A DNA stretch of 64,000 nucleotides, from contig OY781964.1 of assembly GCA_963677485.1 (NCBI GenBank), forward strand, positions 896,001 through 960,000, written 5' to 3'. The notes beneath the pieces are model-generated. The model saw nothing but the letters and a program-made list of their open reading frames with translations. It ran no database searches and was not told the origin of the DNA. Shown piece by piece: positions 29,493-39,760 of this stretch. The stretch is from Armatimonadota bacterium. Its GTDB lineage: Bacteria; Armatimonadota; HRBIN16. Position 1 is the stretch's first letter; each line of letters begins with the position of its first letter. A program made the position numbers and the translations under genes.

Positions 29493-31211
29493 ATGCATAG
29501 AAGCCACATAATAATGGGCAGGCGTATTTTCGTCACAATCTGTGTATTTCTCATGTATGTGCTGCTGTGTCAGTCAACCTGGAGTGCAAGGCTAGTGCGT
29601 GTCGGCACATACCAAAATCCACCTAAAGTGTCGATGTCAGAATCGGGAAAAGCGGAAGGCATTTTTATCGACGTGCTTGAGGCGATTGCCGCCGATGAAG
29701 GCTGGAAGCTGGAGTATGTACCAGGAACCTGGGCACAAGGACTCGACCGGCTTTCGGCAGGCAAGATCGACCTCATGCCGGATGTGGCATTTACCGAACC
29801 ACGCAAAATACTATATACGTTCCACAAAGAGCCTGTGCTGTCTGACTGGTTCCAAATATATGCCCGCCCCAAAAGCGGAATACGGTCCATTCTAGATCTA
29901 AAGGGAAAACGGGTATCGGTGTTGAACCGGTCGATACAGCAAGAGGCCTTCGATAAGTCATTCTCTGCGTTTGACCTTGATATTAAGCTAAAATCCTACC
30001 CCACTCTAGATTCGGCTTTTTCTGCTGTGAAACGTGGCGATGTAGATGCTGTGGTGGCGAACAGGTTCTACGGAGTATCACACCTGCGTGCATCAGGCCT
30101 GGAGGACACAGCCGTGATCTTCTACCCCACCCGTCTCTTTTTCGCATCACCCAAATCTGGAGACCCCACAATACTATATGCAATCGACAATCGGCTAAGT
30201 TCGATGAAAAAGGATAGGAATTCGGTATACTACCATTCGATAGAGCATTGGACATCGGAGGAGATTGAGTATGCCATGCCCCTCTGGCTGAAGCTCACGG
30301 CTCTAATAGCGGTGCTTCTGATGCTTTTTACGGCCTATTTCAATATCGCGTTGCGGCATCAGGTTTCGATACAAACTCATGAGTTACGCAAAAGTTTGAA
30401 AGTAAACGAACAGCTCTATGACGAACTCCACCAGCGGGCCATCATGCTAGAAGACCGTGTACATGAACGAACTGTTGAGCTAGAGGCCGCCCGTGACCGT
30501 GCGGAGGCGGCTGACCGAACAAAGTCCGCCTTTCTAGCCACCATGTCACATGAACTGCGTACCCCGTTGAACTCAATTATCGGATTCACAGGCCTGCTAT
30601 TGCAAGGGCTAGCGGGTCCCATGAACGTTGAGCAGTGTAAACAAATGGGCATGATTAGGGCGAGTGGGCAGCATCTTCTTGACCTCATCAACGATGTGCT
30701 GGATATCTCAAAAATCGAAGCTGGTCAAATAGAGATCACGTGTGTATCCTACAACCTGCCCGCATCAATCATGAAGGTTGTGAACACCATTACTCCGTTG
30801 GCAGACAAGAAATCATTGCTTCTAAATGTCCATATCGCACCAGATGTCACCGACACCAAGGGCGATTCGCGCCGTGTAGAGCAGGTATTACTTAACCTGT
30901 TAAGCAATGCCGTGAAGTTCACCGATCATGGTGATGTTACTGTGAGAGTCACAGTGGATGCAGGGTATTATTCCATCGCGGTTACCGACACCGGCCCTGG
31001 GATCCACCAGGACGACATTCGCAAGTTGTTCCAACCCTTCAAGCAAATAGACACTGGCCTGACGCGCCAGTACGAAGGCACAGGCCTGGGTTTGGCCATC
31101 AGTAAGCGGCTGGTTGAAAAAATGGGTGGTCAGATATCGGTGGTAAGCACACCAGGCGTCGGTAGTACATTCATGTTTACCCTTATAAATGAACAGACGA
31201 TCATTTCGTAG
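29493..31211 (+). CDS. Sensor histidine kinase with extracytoplasmic solute-binding (SBP_bac_3-like) domain
   Basis: Signal/TM segment, RVG.YQNPP..G.FID.L SBP fold, TM helix, SHELRTPLN, HATPase. Confidence 0.9.
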   Translation: MHRSHIIMGRRIFVTICVFLMYVLLCQSTWSARLVRVGTYQNPPKVSMSESGKAEGIFIDVLEAIAADEGWKLEYVPGTWAQGLDRLSAGKIDLMPDVAFTEPRKILYTFHKEPVLSDWFQIYARPKSGIRSILDLKGKRVSVLNRSIQQEAFDKSFSAFDLDIKLKSYPTLDSAFSAVKRGDVDAVVANRFYGVSHLRASGLEDTAVIFYPTRLFFASPKSGDPTILYAIDNRLSSMKKDRNSVYYHSIEHWTSEEIEYAMPLWLKLTALIAVLLMLFTAYFNIALRHQVSIQTHELRKSLKVNEQLYDELHQRAIMLEDRVHERTVELEAARDRAEAADRTKSAFLATMSHELRTPLNSIIGFTGLLLQGLAGPMNVEQCKQMGMIRASGQHLLDLINDVLDISKIEAGQIEITCVSYNLPASIMKVVNTITPLADKKSLLLNVHIAPDVTDTKGDSRRVEQVLLNLLSNAVKFTDHGDVTVRVTVDAGYYSIAVTDTGPGIHQDDIRKLFQPFKQIDTGLTRQYEGTGLGLAISKRLVEKMGGQISVVSTPGVGSTFMFTLINEQTIIS

Positions 31212-31376
31212 ATACCACAAATCCTCCTCTACGATATTCGGAACACAAGCATTACTACTAGGTAATAGCCCACGCTGGGTTTCCATGCAACGCCTCCAGG
31301 AACCTCAATTTCAGCTTGTATGTCAAAATGTATATAGAGTTACAAATTCACGATCGACTTTCCTGGAGTAATACAA

Positions 31377-33794
31377 ATGACCAAACGCCTTTTGGCCTTC
31401 CTGACATTCGTGTTCATGGTTGCGTCTGCCATGGCCGCACCAATCGATGGTGTGATTGTGGCGAAACTCCGCCTTTCCGCCAAACCCAGCACGGTCTTCG
31501 CGACCATTCCTACACGTGGCGGCGACCTGCTTCAGCCAGGATACAAATCGCTGAGCTTCAACAACTGGTATCGAATCAAGGTGCCCATTGGCCAGGAAGA
31601 TCAGTGCATCGCCACGCTCAAACGGCAGTCGGGAGTGCTGCTTGCAGAGCGGTCATACAGCGTGAAGACACTAGCAGTCACCCCGAATGACCCGTATCTG
31701 ACCACGAACTTTACATACGAAGCCATCCCCGAGATCAACTACCCGTACATGTGGAGTTGGGATAAGGTCGAGGCGAAAGCGGGCTGGAACATCTACCCTA
31801 ATGCGCTGTATTCAGCCGCCACGCGCCCGAAAAATGCCATCCGTGTGGCGGTGATTGACACGGGCATCGATGAGACCCATGAAGACTTTGTCAATGCCGG
31901 CGGCAGCATCACCAATGTGGAGTCCGGTGGGCAAATCGACTTCACCAAGGGTTGCAGCATATTCGACGGTGTGGTGACCCATGGTGCAGAAGCGTTCCAT
32001 GATGACCAGGGACATGGCACGCATGTGTCTGGCATCATTGCGGCCGCCGCTAACAACGGCATTGGTGTAGCCGGCATTGCATACCAATCTGTCATCGTTC
32101 CTATAAAGGTGTTGACTGCGGCTGGATCCGGCAACGACAGCGATGTGGCCATCGCACTGAAATACGCCGCGGACCAGAACATCCCGGTCATCAACCTCAG
32201 TTTAGGCGGACTAGAATACGGCAGCCTGCTGATGGAGGCGGTCAACTACGCTTTCTATAAAGGCTCCATCATCCTCTGCGCGGGTAACGAGAGCGGCACT
32301 GGCGGAGGAAACCTGGGCAACATCTATCCAGGCTCCTGCAGCAAAGTGCTGGCGGTGAGTGCCACAGGCGTCGATGATGAATTTGCGGCGACATATGCGG
32401 GCTCTGGTATGTATGTGGGCATTTCGGCCCCCAGCGGCGATTACAAAATCATATCAATCGACTTCGACGGAGATGGTGTAACGGATTTTGATTACCCATG
32501 GTTAGTCGAAATATGGAGCACCATCCCAGTAGACATCCCCTTCACGGAGCCCAACACAGGCTTTCAAGACTACACCTACGGCTGGGCACTGGGAACATCC
32601 ATGGCTACCCCGCATGTGTCTGCCCTGGCCGCACTCTACACCGAGTATAAAAGCCTGACCCAAGCATCACATGACGCTAACCTGCGCACCTTCCAGGCCA
32701 TCCAACGAGGGGCCGATTCCACCAACGGACTGGCTAATGGCGGACACGACTATATGTTTGGATATGGCCGTATCAACGTGCCAGCCACACTGCAAGATAC
32801 CGACCAGCGTGCAGCAACCGTAGGCAGTTTGTGCGGCCAAGTCCTATACGGAGGCACACCAGCAGTCGCTGCTGATGTCTACGTCTACCCCATGGGCTCT
32901 ATAACCGAGCTCCGCACCACGGCGCAGGAGTCAGGTTTATGGCGTTTACCCAACATCGCTCCGGGCTTATACCGCGTCAAGGCACGGTTTTTCGGTAGCG
33001 TGAAGGAGATATTGAACGTGCGCGTGGTGGCCGGAGCCGATACCCCTGGTGTGGACTTCTGGCTGGGTGACGTGTCGATGCAGACAGACGAAACTGCAGT
33101 AGATGAGCAGAATCTTAATGTCTCCATCGCTGGCAGTACACTCATCGCTGACTGGTGGGCTCGTGACCTGCTAAGCGGTATCGGTAAATACGAAATCTGC
33201 CTTGGCAGTGCTCAAGGACTCTCCGACATTCAAGCATGGACCGATTATGGCTGGAAGCAGTATGACAGCTTCGCAAAACCGGCGGGTGCCGCCTACATGG
33301 GTCTGCGTGTGACCAACGGGGCAGGCATCGTCAGCACACCGATCTGGAAATCACTTGGTGGCGGTGGTGCGCCTACGGGAACCGTCTCGGTGAAGATCAG
33401 CATCGCAGCCTTTACCGGTGACTTCACCAAACTCAGCCTTGCCGTGACCGCAGCACGCACTGGCGAGACACTCACGCAGAGTGTCGCCATCGATGCGAAC
33501 GGTAACGCCAGCTTCGTCATCCCAAGCGGCACCTGGGACATCACCCTGAAACCCACGCATTCACTCGCTAAGAAGACCACCGGAGTGGTGCTCAACGGCA
33601 CCGCCAACATGGGCACTCTCAGCTTCACGAATGGTGATGTTGATGGCGGTAACTCAGTGGACCTGTTCGACTACGTGAAGCTTGACGAGAACTTCGGCAA
33701 GCCATATGTGGCCGGTGACTTAGACGGCAGCGGTTCGGTGAACCTGTTTGACTATGTGATCATCGACACCAGCTTCGGCAGGGTTGGACAGTAG
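31377..33794 (+). CDS. Secreted S8 subtilisin-like serine protease with carboxypeptidase-regulatory-like and C-terminal dockerin-like domains
   Basis: Triad motifs VIDTG, HGTHVSG, GTSMATP; C-terminal GDVDGGNSVDLFD..GDLDGSGSVNLFD. Confidence 0.92.
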   Translation: MTKRLLAFLTFVFMVASAMAAPIDGVIVAKLRLSAKPSTVFATIPTRGGDLLQPGYKSLSFNNWYRIKVPIGQEDQCIATLKRQSGVLLAERSYSVKTLAVTPNDPYLTTNFTYEAIPEINYPYMWSWDKVEAKAGWNIYPNALYSAATRPKNAIRVAVIDTGIDETHEDFVNAGGSITNVESGGQIDFTKGCSIFDGVVTHGAEAFHDDQGHGTHVSGIIAAAANNGIGVAGIAYQSVIVPIKVLTAAGSGNDSDVAIALKYAADQNIPVINLSLGGLEYGSLLMEAVNYAFYKGSIILCAGNESGTGGGNLGNIYPGSCSKVLAVSATGVDDEFAATYAGSGMYVGISAPSGDYKIISIDFDGDGVTDFDYPWLVEIWSTIPVDIPFTEPNTGFQDYTYGWALGTSMATPHVSALAALYTEYKSLTQASHDANLRTFQAIQRGADSTNGLANGGHDYMFGYGRINVPATLQDTDQRAATVGSLCGQVLYGGTPAVAADVYVYPMGSITELRTTAQESGLWRLPNIAPGLYRVKARFFGSVKEILNVRVVAGADTPGVDFWLGDVSMQTDETAVDEQNLNVSIAGSTLIADWWARDLLSGIGKYEICLGSAQGLSDIQAWTDYGWKQYDSFAKPAGAAYMGLRVTNGAGIVSTPIWKSLGGGGAPTGTVSVKISIAAFTGDFTKLSLAVTAARTGETLTQSVAIDANGNASFVIPSGTWDITLKPTHSLAKKTTGVVLNGTANMGTLSFTNGDVDGGNSVDLFDYVKLDENFGKPYVAGDLDGSGSVNLFDYVIIDTSFGRVGQ

Positions 33795-33826
33795 AGACCA
33801 AACAGACGTCAACCCGACATCAGAAT

Positions 33827-33860
33827 GGCCGGTGCAGGAAATCCTGCACCGGCCTTTTTT
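33827..33860 (+). terminator. Rho-independent terminator
   Basis: GGCCGGTGCAGGA-AA-TCCTGCACCGGCC followed by TTTTTT. Confidence 0.9.
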
Positions 33861-33930
33861 AGTTTTGCAGGTTATACAGTGAAATACGCAGTATTATAAG
33901 TCAGAGTATACAAACCCTGGGAGCTTCAAA

Positions 33931-36462
33931 TTGACCATACTACCTATACCGCAACAGAGTGAGCAACTTTCTGGCGAGATGCCGTTGGCTGTTCTCCATA
34001 GCGTAAACCTCAACGCACCAGCCGCAAGCCTTGATGGTTTGAAACAGCACCTTCATGAGCTGTGTGCAGAGGCTGGCACCAGGTGCCGGGTGACCACCAA
34101 CGCTTCGGGCAGCTTCATGCTGAGTGCAGGCACCGTGCAGATGGATATGAAAAGCCCGTCAGGCAATCCTCTGGCCATGCAGCAAGGTTACCGGCTGCAT
34201 ATCGACCCGAAGGGGCTCACCCTTTTGGCATGGTCAGAGAAAGGTCTTTTCTACGGCCTGATGACCCTGCGGCAGATCCTTCTTGAAGCGAAACGCGAAC
34301 GGCGAAGCTCCTTGCAGGCAGTCGATATCTTTGACTGGCCGGCATTGTCTATGCGCGGATACCACGAAGACTACGGCCGTGACCAGCTCCCCACAATGGC
34401 CGACCATAAGTTCATGATCCGCTGTCTGGCGCAATACAAGATGGACACCTTCATGTTCTACATTGAGCCCGACCACTTTGTCTACAAGTTTGATCCCAAC
34501 ATCAGCCCCACATACGACAGGTTCACGATACTTGAAATCCGCGAGCTGGTGGCCTACGCCCGTCGATACTATGTGCAGATCATCCCTGTGGTGGAGCTGC
34601 TGGGCCACTGTGAGATGCTGCTCAGCAATGAAAAGTATAAACCCATCGGTGAAATGCCGCTGTATGGAAGTGACCTGTGCCCGACCAGCGAAGAGACATG
34701 GCAGATCACAGCCAAGATCATTGATGAACTGGCACCAGCCTTTGATGCCCAGTACTTTCACGCCGGGCTCGATGAAAGCTTTGGTATCGGTCAGGGACGC
34801 AGTGCCGATGCGGTCAAAAAGGTTGGTATCGCGAAGGTATTTGCCGACTGGTATAACCGCTTGAACCAGCAAATTCGCAAGCATGGTCAAACCATGATGA
34901 TGTATGGCGACATCGTGATGAACCACCCAGAGATATTGACGATGCTCGATAAAGACATCGTGCTGATGAGCTGGGACTACATCCCGCGTGACCGTTATGA
35001 GTCGCTGGACAGGTTCGCCCAACTCGGATTTAAAACAAATGCGCTGAGCGGCATATGGGACTGGAACCAGGCCTATCCCCTTCTAGGCGCCGCATTCGCG
35101 AACATCGACGACTATACGCAGCAGTGCGTTGAAGTGGGTGCGACAGGCCACTTCCTAAGCTCATGGGGGGACAACTTCCGCGGCATCTGGGGATATAACC
35201 TGAGTGAATTGAACGATAGCGGTGTGATTTACTGCGGCTGCTCAGGCTGGACAGGGAAACCCATCCCCATACAGCAGTTCATCCCGATGTTTTGCATCAG
35301 TTATTACGGCAGTTCCGACCCTCAGTTCGCGGACGCTTTACTCAGCCTTGCGCTTTCACAAGGCGAGGGACTAGAACACTCCAGTCAGGCGATTAACGTC
35401 ATGCGTAGTGACATTTTGTCTAGTGTCTTCATGATGATGGATGCAGCGGATGGCTATATGAACTTCTGGCGGACGTTGAACGACACGGCTTCGCAAGCGT
35501 TGAAGGCACTGAGCCACCAGCGTCTGGCACGCAACGGCGACCGCATGGATGCCATTCTCGTGGGGGCACGGCAGCTTCAACTTGCGGCTCAGATGGCACT
35601 CGGCGCATATGAGATCGCCCGTTCGATGCAGCAGCCCAAGCTGGATACCGCGATGGCAGTAGCGGTTCTGCAAAAGCTGATCGCCCAGCAGCGCAGCCTC
35701 GCGACTGCCTACAAGAAGGTCTATCTGAGACGAAACCGCCCTTTGAATATGGGACGGATTCAACCAAACTGGGAGTTCACGATCAGTCGGTTGGAAAGCT
35801 TGCTGACCGATGTACGTGAAGGCAAACTAGCATACAGCACGCGCAAAGCGTTGATGGCATCCTGGCGGTTCGACCCAAAGGCCCCCTGGGAGAGCATGCC
35901 TAAAGGACTCGCATTAAAACCGAAGACAGCTGACGCTTCCATACGGCAGCTTTCGGATGGCACCGGTTATATACAGCTTCAGAACAACAGTTTTGTGAAT
36001 ACCATAGACGAAAAGCAGCGGCTTGATTTCGGCAAAAACGCCTTCACATGTGAACTCTGGACGCGTCATCATGGCCAGAAACAGCAGCAGTACGGCAGCA
36101 CTCTGTTAAGTTACGGAGCGGGCTGGCGCTTTGGCATGATCAACGGAAACCTGACCTTCACCATCTACGCCGTAAATGACCTTGAGTGCCCCAGTGCTGC
36201 CGTACCCCCGGACGGTGAATGGCATCACGTGGCCGTCAGCTTCAATCACTGCCACACGGTGAGTTACTTCGTTGACGGTCAGCTAAAAGCGCAAATGGAG
36301 CTGTCGGGCCTGCCCAACAGCACCAAGAACCCACAGATCGTGCTGGGTAACGACCCAGCCTCGCTCTCGGGGTATACAGGTGATATCACGCGCCTGCGGA
36401 TACACGCCGGTGCTTTGACCGCCGATCAGCTTGACACCGCCTTCAAGCCAGTGAGGGATTGA
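33931..36462 (+). CDS. GH20-family hexosaminidase-like protein with C-terminal LamG/ConA-like domain
   Basis: ILPIPQ, GLFYGLMTLRQ, DWP....RG, LGH, FHAGLDE; C-terminal DGEWHHVAV..YFVDG. Confidence 0.85.
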   Translation: MTILPIPQQSEQLSGEMPLAVLHSVNLNAPAASLDGLKQHLHELCAEAGTRCRVTTNASGSFMLSAGTVQMDMKSPSGNPLAMQQGYRLHIDPKGLTLLAWSEKGLFYGLMTLRQILLEAKRERRSSLQAVDIFDWPALSMRGYHEDYGRDQLPTMADHKFMIRCLAQYKMDTFMFYIEPDHFVYKFDPNISPTYDRFTILEIRELVAYARRYYVQIIPVVELLGHCEMLLSNEKYKPIGEMPLYGSDLCPTSEETWQITAKIIDELAPAFDAQYFHAGLDESFGIGQGRSADAVKKVGIAKVFADWYNRLNQQIRKHGQTMMMYGDIVMNHPEILTMLDKDIVLMSWDYIPRDRYESLDRFAQLGFKTNALSGIWDWNQAYPLLGAAFANIDDYTQQCVEVGATGHFLSSWGDNFRGIWGYNLSELNDSGVIYCGCSGWTGKPIPIQQFIPMFCISYYGSSDPQFADALLSLALSQGEGLEHSSQAINVMRSDILSSVFMMMDAADGYMNFWRTLNDTASQALKALSHQRLARNGDRMDAILVGARQLQLAAQMALGAYEIARSMQQPKLDTAMAVAVLQKLIAQQRSLATAYKKVYLRRNRPLNMGRIQPNWEFTISRLESLLTDVREGKLAYSTRKALMASWRFDPKAPWESMPKGLALKPKTADASIRQLSDGTGYIQLQNNSFVNTIDEKQRLDFGKNAFTCELWTRHHGQKQQQYGSTLLSYGAGWRFGMINGNLTFTIYAVNDLECPSAAVPPDGEWHHVAVSFNHCHTVSYFVDGQLKAQMELSGLPNSTKNPQIVLGNDPASLSGYTGDITRLRIHAGALTADQLDTAFKPVRD

Positions 36463-36477
36463 CCTCGCCGGTTTCTT

Positions 36478-37117
36478 TTGCCTAAGTCCGGGGCGGTTTT
36501 CCCTAACCGCGCCGGTCTTGATCCGGGACGACAGCTTTCAGGCTATCCGCCAGACCGGCGCGGTCTATAGTCCTCTGAACCCGCTAGCCATCCGTAAGAC
36601 CGCCCCGGACATAGGCAATAACTGCCGTAGTCCGGGCGGTCTTCATTGCCTAAGTCCGGGGCGGTTTTCCCTAACCGCGCCGGTCTTGTTCCGCGGGACG
36701 AAAGCTTGCAGGCTATCCGCCAGACCTGCGCGGTCTATAGTCCTCTGAACCCGCTAGCCGTCTGTCAGACCGCCCCGGACATAGCCAATAACTGCCGTAG
36801 TCCGGGGCGGTCTTGATTGCCGTAGTCCGGGGTCGTTTTCCCCTAACCGCGCCGGTCTTGTTCCGCAGGACGAAAGCTTTCTGGCTATCCGCCAGACCGG
36901 CGCGGTCTATTGTCCTCTGAATCGCTAGCCATCTGTCAGACCGCCCCGGACATAGCCAATAACTGCCGTAGTCCGGGGCGGTCTTCATTGCCTAAGTCCG
37001 GGGCGGTTTTCCCTAACCGCGCCGGTCTTGATCCGGGACGACAGCTAGCAGGCTATCCGCCAGACCGGCGCGGTCTCAAGACCTCTGACATCCGCCAGAC
37101 CGCCCCGGACATAGGCA
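36478..37117. repeat. Tandem array of ~3.8 palindromic ~170-bp units (REP/BIME-like)
   Basis: Units start at ~36478, 36646, 36817 and 36988. Each has an outer IR GCCTAAGTCCGGGGCGGT/ACCGCCCCGGACATAGGC and an inner IR ACCGCGCCGGTCT/AGACCGGCGCGGT. Confidence 0.9.
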
Positions 37118-37126
37118 CGGACTACC

Positions 37127-37642
37127 CTACTTCACCCAGCGGATGATCTCCTCAACGCTCTTGCGAGGGCGGCGTTCGGGAGCCTGCTTCACGTAGCCGA
37201 TGGGCAACGCCGCGACCGGCTCCAGTTCCTCAGGCAACCCTAACCCTCCCCGCACCGCGGAGGGATCAAACGCACATATCCAGCAGCTCCCCAACCCCTC
37301 ATCTACCGCGGCCAGGTGCATATGCTCTACGCAGATCGCCAAATCGATGTCGGAATGGTTCTTCTGGTCATACGCGCGAACCCAGGCAGCCGCAGGCTGT
37401 GAACATGCCACCAATACGACCGGTGCTTCGGTGATCCATCGCTGTGAGTCGCGTGGAAACATCGCCTTCTTCACATCCTGGTTGGTCACCACGTAGAGTA
37501 TCCAGGGCTGTCGGTTGGTGGCACTAGGCGCCAGGCGACCAGCCTCCACTATCCTAAGCAGTTTCTCATGCTCCACATCCTGGTCAGTGAAACTCCGCAC
37601 GCTTCCGCGCTGCCTGCAGAGGTCTAATAAACTCATGCCCAT
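37127..37642 (-). CDS. Nitroreductase family protein
   Basis: RGSVRSF, APSATNRQPW, LAAVDEGLGSCWI, LPIGY. Confidence 0.92.
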   Translation of the reverse strand: MGMSLLDLCRQRGSVRSFTDQDVEHEKLLRIVEAGRLAPSATNRQPWILYVVTNQDVKKAMFPRDSQRWITEAPVVLVACSQPAAAWVRAYDQKNHSDIDLAICVEHMHLAAVDEGLGSCWICAFDPSAVRGGLGLPEELEPVAALPIGYVKQAPERRPRKSVEEIIRWVK

Positions 37643-38436
37643 GCATCCTCCGGTTCTGCTTGAAATAGCGCCAAAAAGGCCATCGCCACTGTCACAACCA
37701 CGAATAGAGGCAACGCAAGCGAACCGCTTGGTTGTGAGAGGTTATGTATATCAAGTCTAGACATACTCATGTAGTTAAGTATAATCTCCAGTATAGTGGC
37801 AGGCACCATGGCGTGAGCCACGATATTACATGTCTGCGCAAATGGCCGCGTCAACCCATTGACCGGTATCACGCTCATCACACCGCCCAGTAATGCCACC
37901 AGGATGCTTCGCCCTATTAACATAAATATAAACAGCAGAAGAACGCCAACAAAAATGTAATAGACCGCAGTCTCACGCAGCCTTTCAGCTGCATTCTGAT
38001 TATTCACACCGTTAAGCAAGTTCATAGAATTCGGTTTTGAGTCCGGCTGTCCCTTCGCGTGTGTATAGACCATATCACTCGTCAGCAACACGCACCGTAT
38101 ATCACCGTATGCGGCCTTCACCTGGCTCAGATTCGTTTGATTTGTGGTATCTATGACGACCACAAAATCATCGCCTTTATAGGTGTATGGCTGCGGCACT
38201 CCAGGCATACTCAGTTTTCCGTTCTCAACACTGAAGGGAGGCGTCGATTGAATGGCCTTCTGAGTAAACGGCATCACCATGTCCACGATCTTCGTGCATA
38301 GTACCATCCAAACCAGGCAGCTTATCAGCGTCATGACCGCTAAAACACCAAACGCACCCCCACCACTGGCCTTCATCAAGCGTCCATACCCGCCAACCGG
38401 ATTGAACGCTAAGCCAAACCTCTTGAAAAAGAACAT
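37633..38436 (-). CDS. Membrane protein, DUF1189-like
   Basis: One TM, a soluble loop (PPFSVENGKL..VVIDT), then 3-4 TMs. ATG 38436 has a GGAGG RBS. Confidence 0.65.
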   Translation of the reverse strand: MFFFKRFGLAFNPVGGYGRLMKASGGGAFGVLAVMTLISCLVWMVLCTKIVDMVMPFTQKAIQSTPPFSVENGKLSMPGVPQPYTYKGDDFVVVIDTTNQTNLSQVKAAYGDIRCVLLTSDMVYTHAKGQPDSKPNSMNLLNGVNNQNAAERLRETAVYYIFVGVLLLFIFMLIGRSILVALLGGVMSVIPVNGLTRPFAQTCNIVAHAMVPATILEIILNYMSMSRLDIHNLSQPSGSLALPLFVVVTVAMAFLALFQAEPEDAWA

Positions 38437-38545
38437 CCGATACCTCCCACACAGTTTACGTGTCACTGATTCTACTGTACCAAATAACAACACCCGCCCG
38501 GTGATACCGGACGGGCGTTTGTGTAACTATAGTGCCGACATGGGG

Positions 38546-39760
38546 CTACAGACGCAGCGTGTCAGGCCGGCGACGAAGGGTCGCCACGGCGGTGCAGCCG
38601 ATGCCCTCTTTGCGGCCAATAAAACCCATCTTCTCGTTGGTGGTAGCTTTCACATTCACCCGTTCGGCAGATACCTGCAGCACTCCGGCGATGCGCTCAC
38701 GCATCTGCGGCGCATACGGATGCATCTTGGGTGCCTCCGCCATGATAGTAGAGTCGATGTTCTCAATACTCCAGCCGTCGGCGGCCAGCTTTGCCCAGGC
38801 GATTCGTAGAAGATCAGTGCTGTCGGCATTCTTGTAAGCAGGATCGGTGTCAGGGAAAAGCGTGCCGATGTCATCCATACCGGCGGCACCCAGCAAAGCG
38901 TCAATGATCGCGTGAATCAACGCGTCGGCATCGCTGTGGCCAGCGAGTCCCATGTCGTGTTTGATGGAAACACCACCCAGTATCAGCTCGCGGTCATCGA
39001 CCAACTGGTGGCTGTCATATCCAAAACCGGTGCGCACTTCAAAGCTGCCCAATAGAATTTCCTCCATCCGCAGTTGGTCTTCAGGGTATGTCAGTTTGAT
39101 GTTCGTGGCCTCGCCAGGCACCACACTTACGGGGTGGAACTCCTCGACGACCGAGGCATCGTCTGTGGGACTGCCTTCCCGGAAGTCGAATCGGTCGTAT
39201 GCACTGCGCAGCACGCTGAGGCTGAATCCCTGGGGGGTTTGTACACGCATGAGGTCGGTTTTATGGCCGTCTTCATCGCGTGACTGTCGGGATGTGGTTC
39301 CGTGGGTATGGCCATCGGCGTCCACCCACCAGAGGGTGTCACAGATGCGCACGACGGGCACCACAGCTCCATGCTGGCGCGTCCCACGTACGACTCGAGA
39401 GATCAAGTCTGCGCTCACTGCCGCGCGGGCACAATCATGCACCAGCACGCTGCCGTCATCGGTGTCGATGGCATCAAGGCCTGCCATCACCGACTCCCAG
39501 CGGGCCGGCCCTCCCTCCACCACGCTGACCACCTTAGCGAATGGCTTCACAAGTTCCTGCATCGCACTCAAGTCATCTTCAGAGGTGACCAGCACGATGC
39601 TGCTGATATCGGAGTGGTTTTGAAAGGCTCGGAGGGCCCACCACACTGCGGGTTGCCCTCCGATACGCGTCCATAGCTTATTGGTTCGGCTACCGAACCT
39701 TTCGCCTCGTCCGGCTGCTAGCAAAATTGCGTGAGTTTCGTTCACCGTAGTCTCTATCAT
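38546..39760 (-). CDS. ispDF: Bifunctional IspD/IspF (MEP cytidylyltransferase / MECDP synthase)
   Basis: LAAGRGERF..NK, VHDCAR, QTPQGF, TDDAS, NIKLT; then GFGYDSH, GHSDAD, DIG..FPD, KATTNE. Start uncertain. Confidence 0.93.
   Translation of the reverse strand: MIETTVNETHAILLAAGRGERFGSRTNKLWTRIGGQPAVWWALRAFQNHSDISSIVLVTSEDDLSAMQELVKPFAKVVSVVEGGPARWESVMAGLDAIDTDDGSVLVHDCARAAVSADLISRVVRGTRQHGAVVPVVRICDTLWWVDADGHTHGTTSRQSRDEDGHKTDLMRVQTPQGFSLSVLRSAYDRFDFREGSPTDDASVVEEFHPVSVVPGEATNIKLTYPEDQLRMEEILLGSFEVRTGFGYDSHQLVDDRELILGGVSIKHDMGLAGHSDADALIHAIIDALLGAAGMDDIGTLFPDTDPAYKNADSTDLLRIAWAKLAADGWSIENIDSTIMAEAPKMHPYAPQMRERIAGVLQVSAERVNVKATTNEKMGFIGRKEGIGCTAVATLRRRPDTLRL

Noticed and set aside
36478-37117. 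Possible CRISPR array
   Set aside because: The sequences between the palindromes are near-identical rather than unique spacers, the period is ~170 bp, and no cas genes are in the window. The small ORFs over the array are repeat artefacts.
39690-39760. Overlap of the PIN-TRAM and ispDF genes as a special feature
   Set aside because: The overlap is short, depends on an uncertain start codon, and the yacL-ispD linkage is ordinary conserved synteny.
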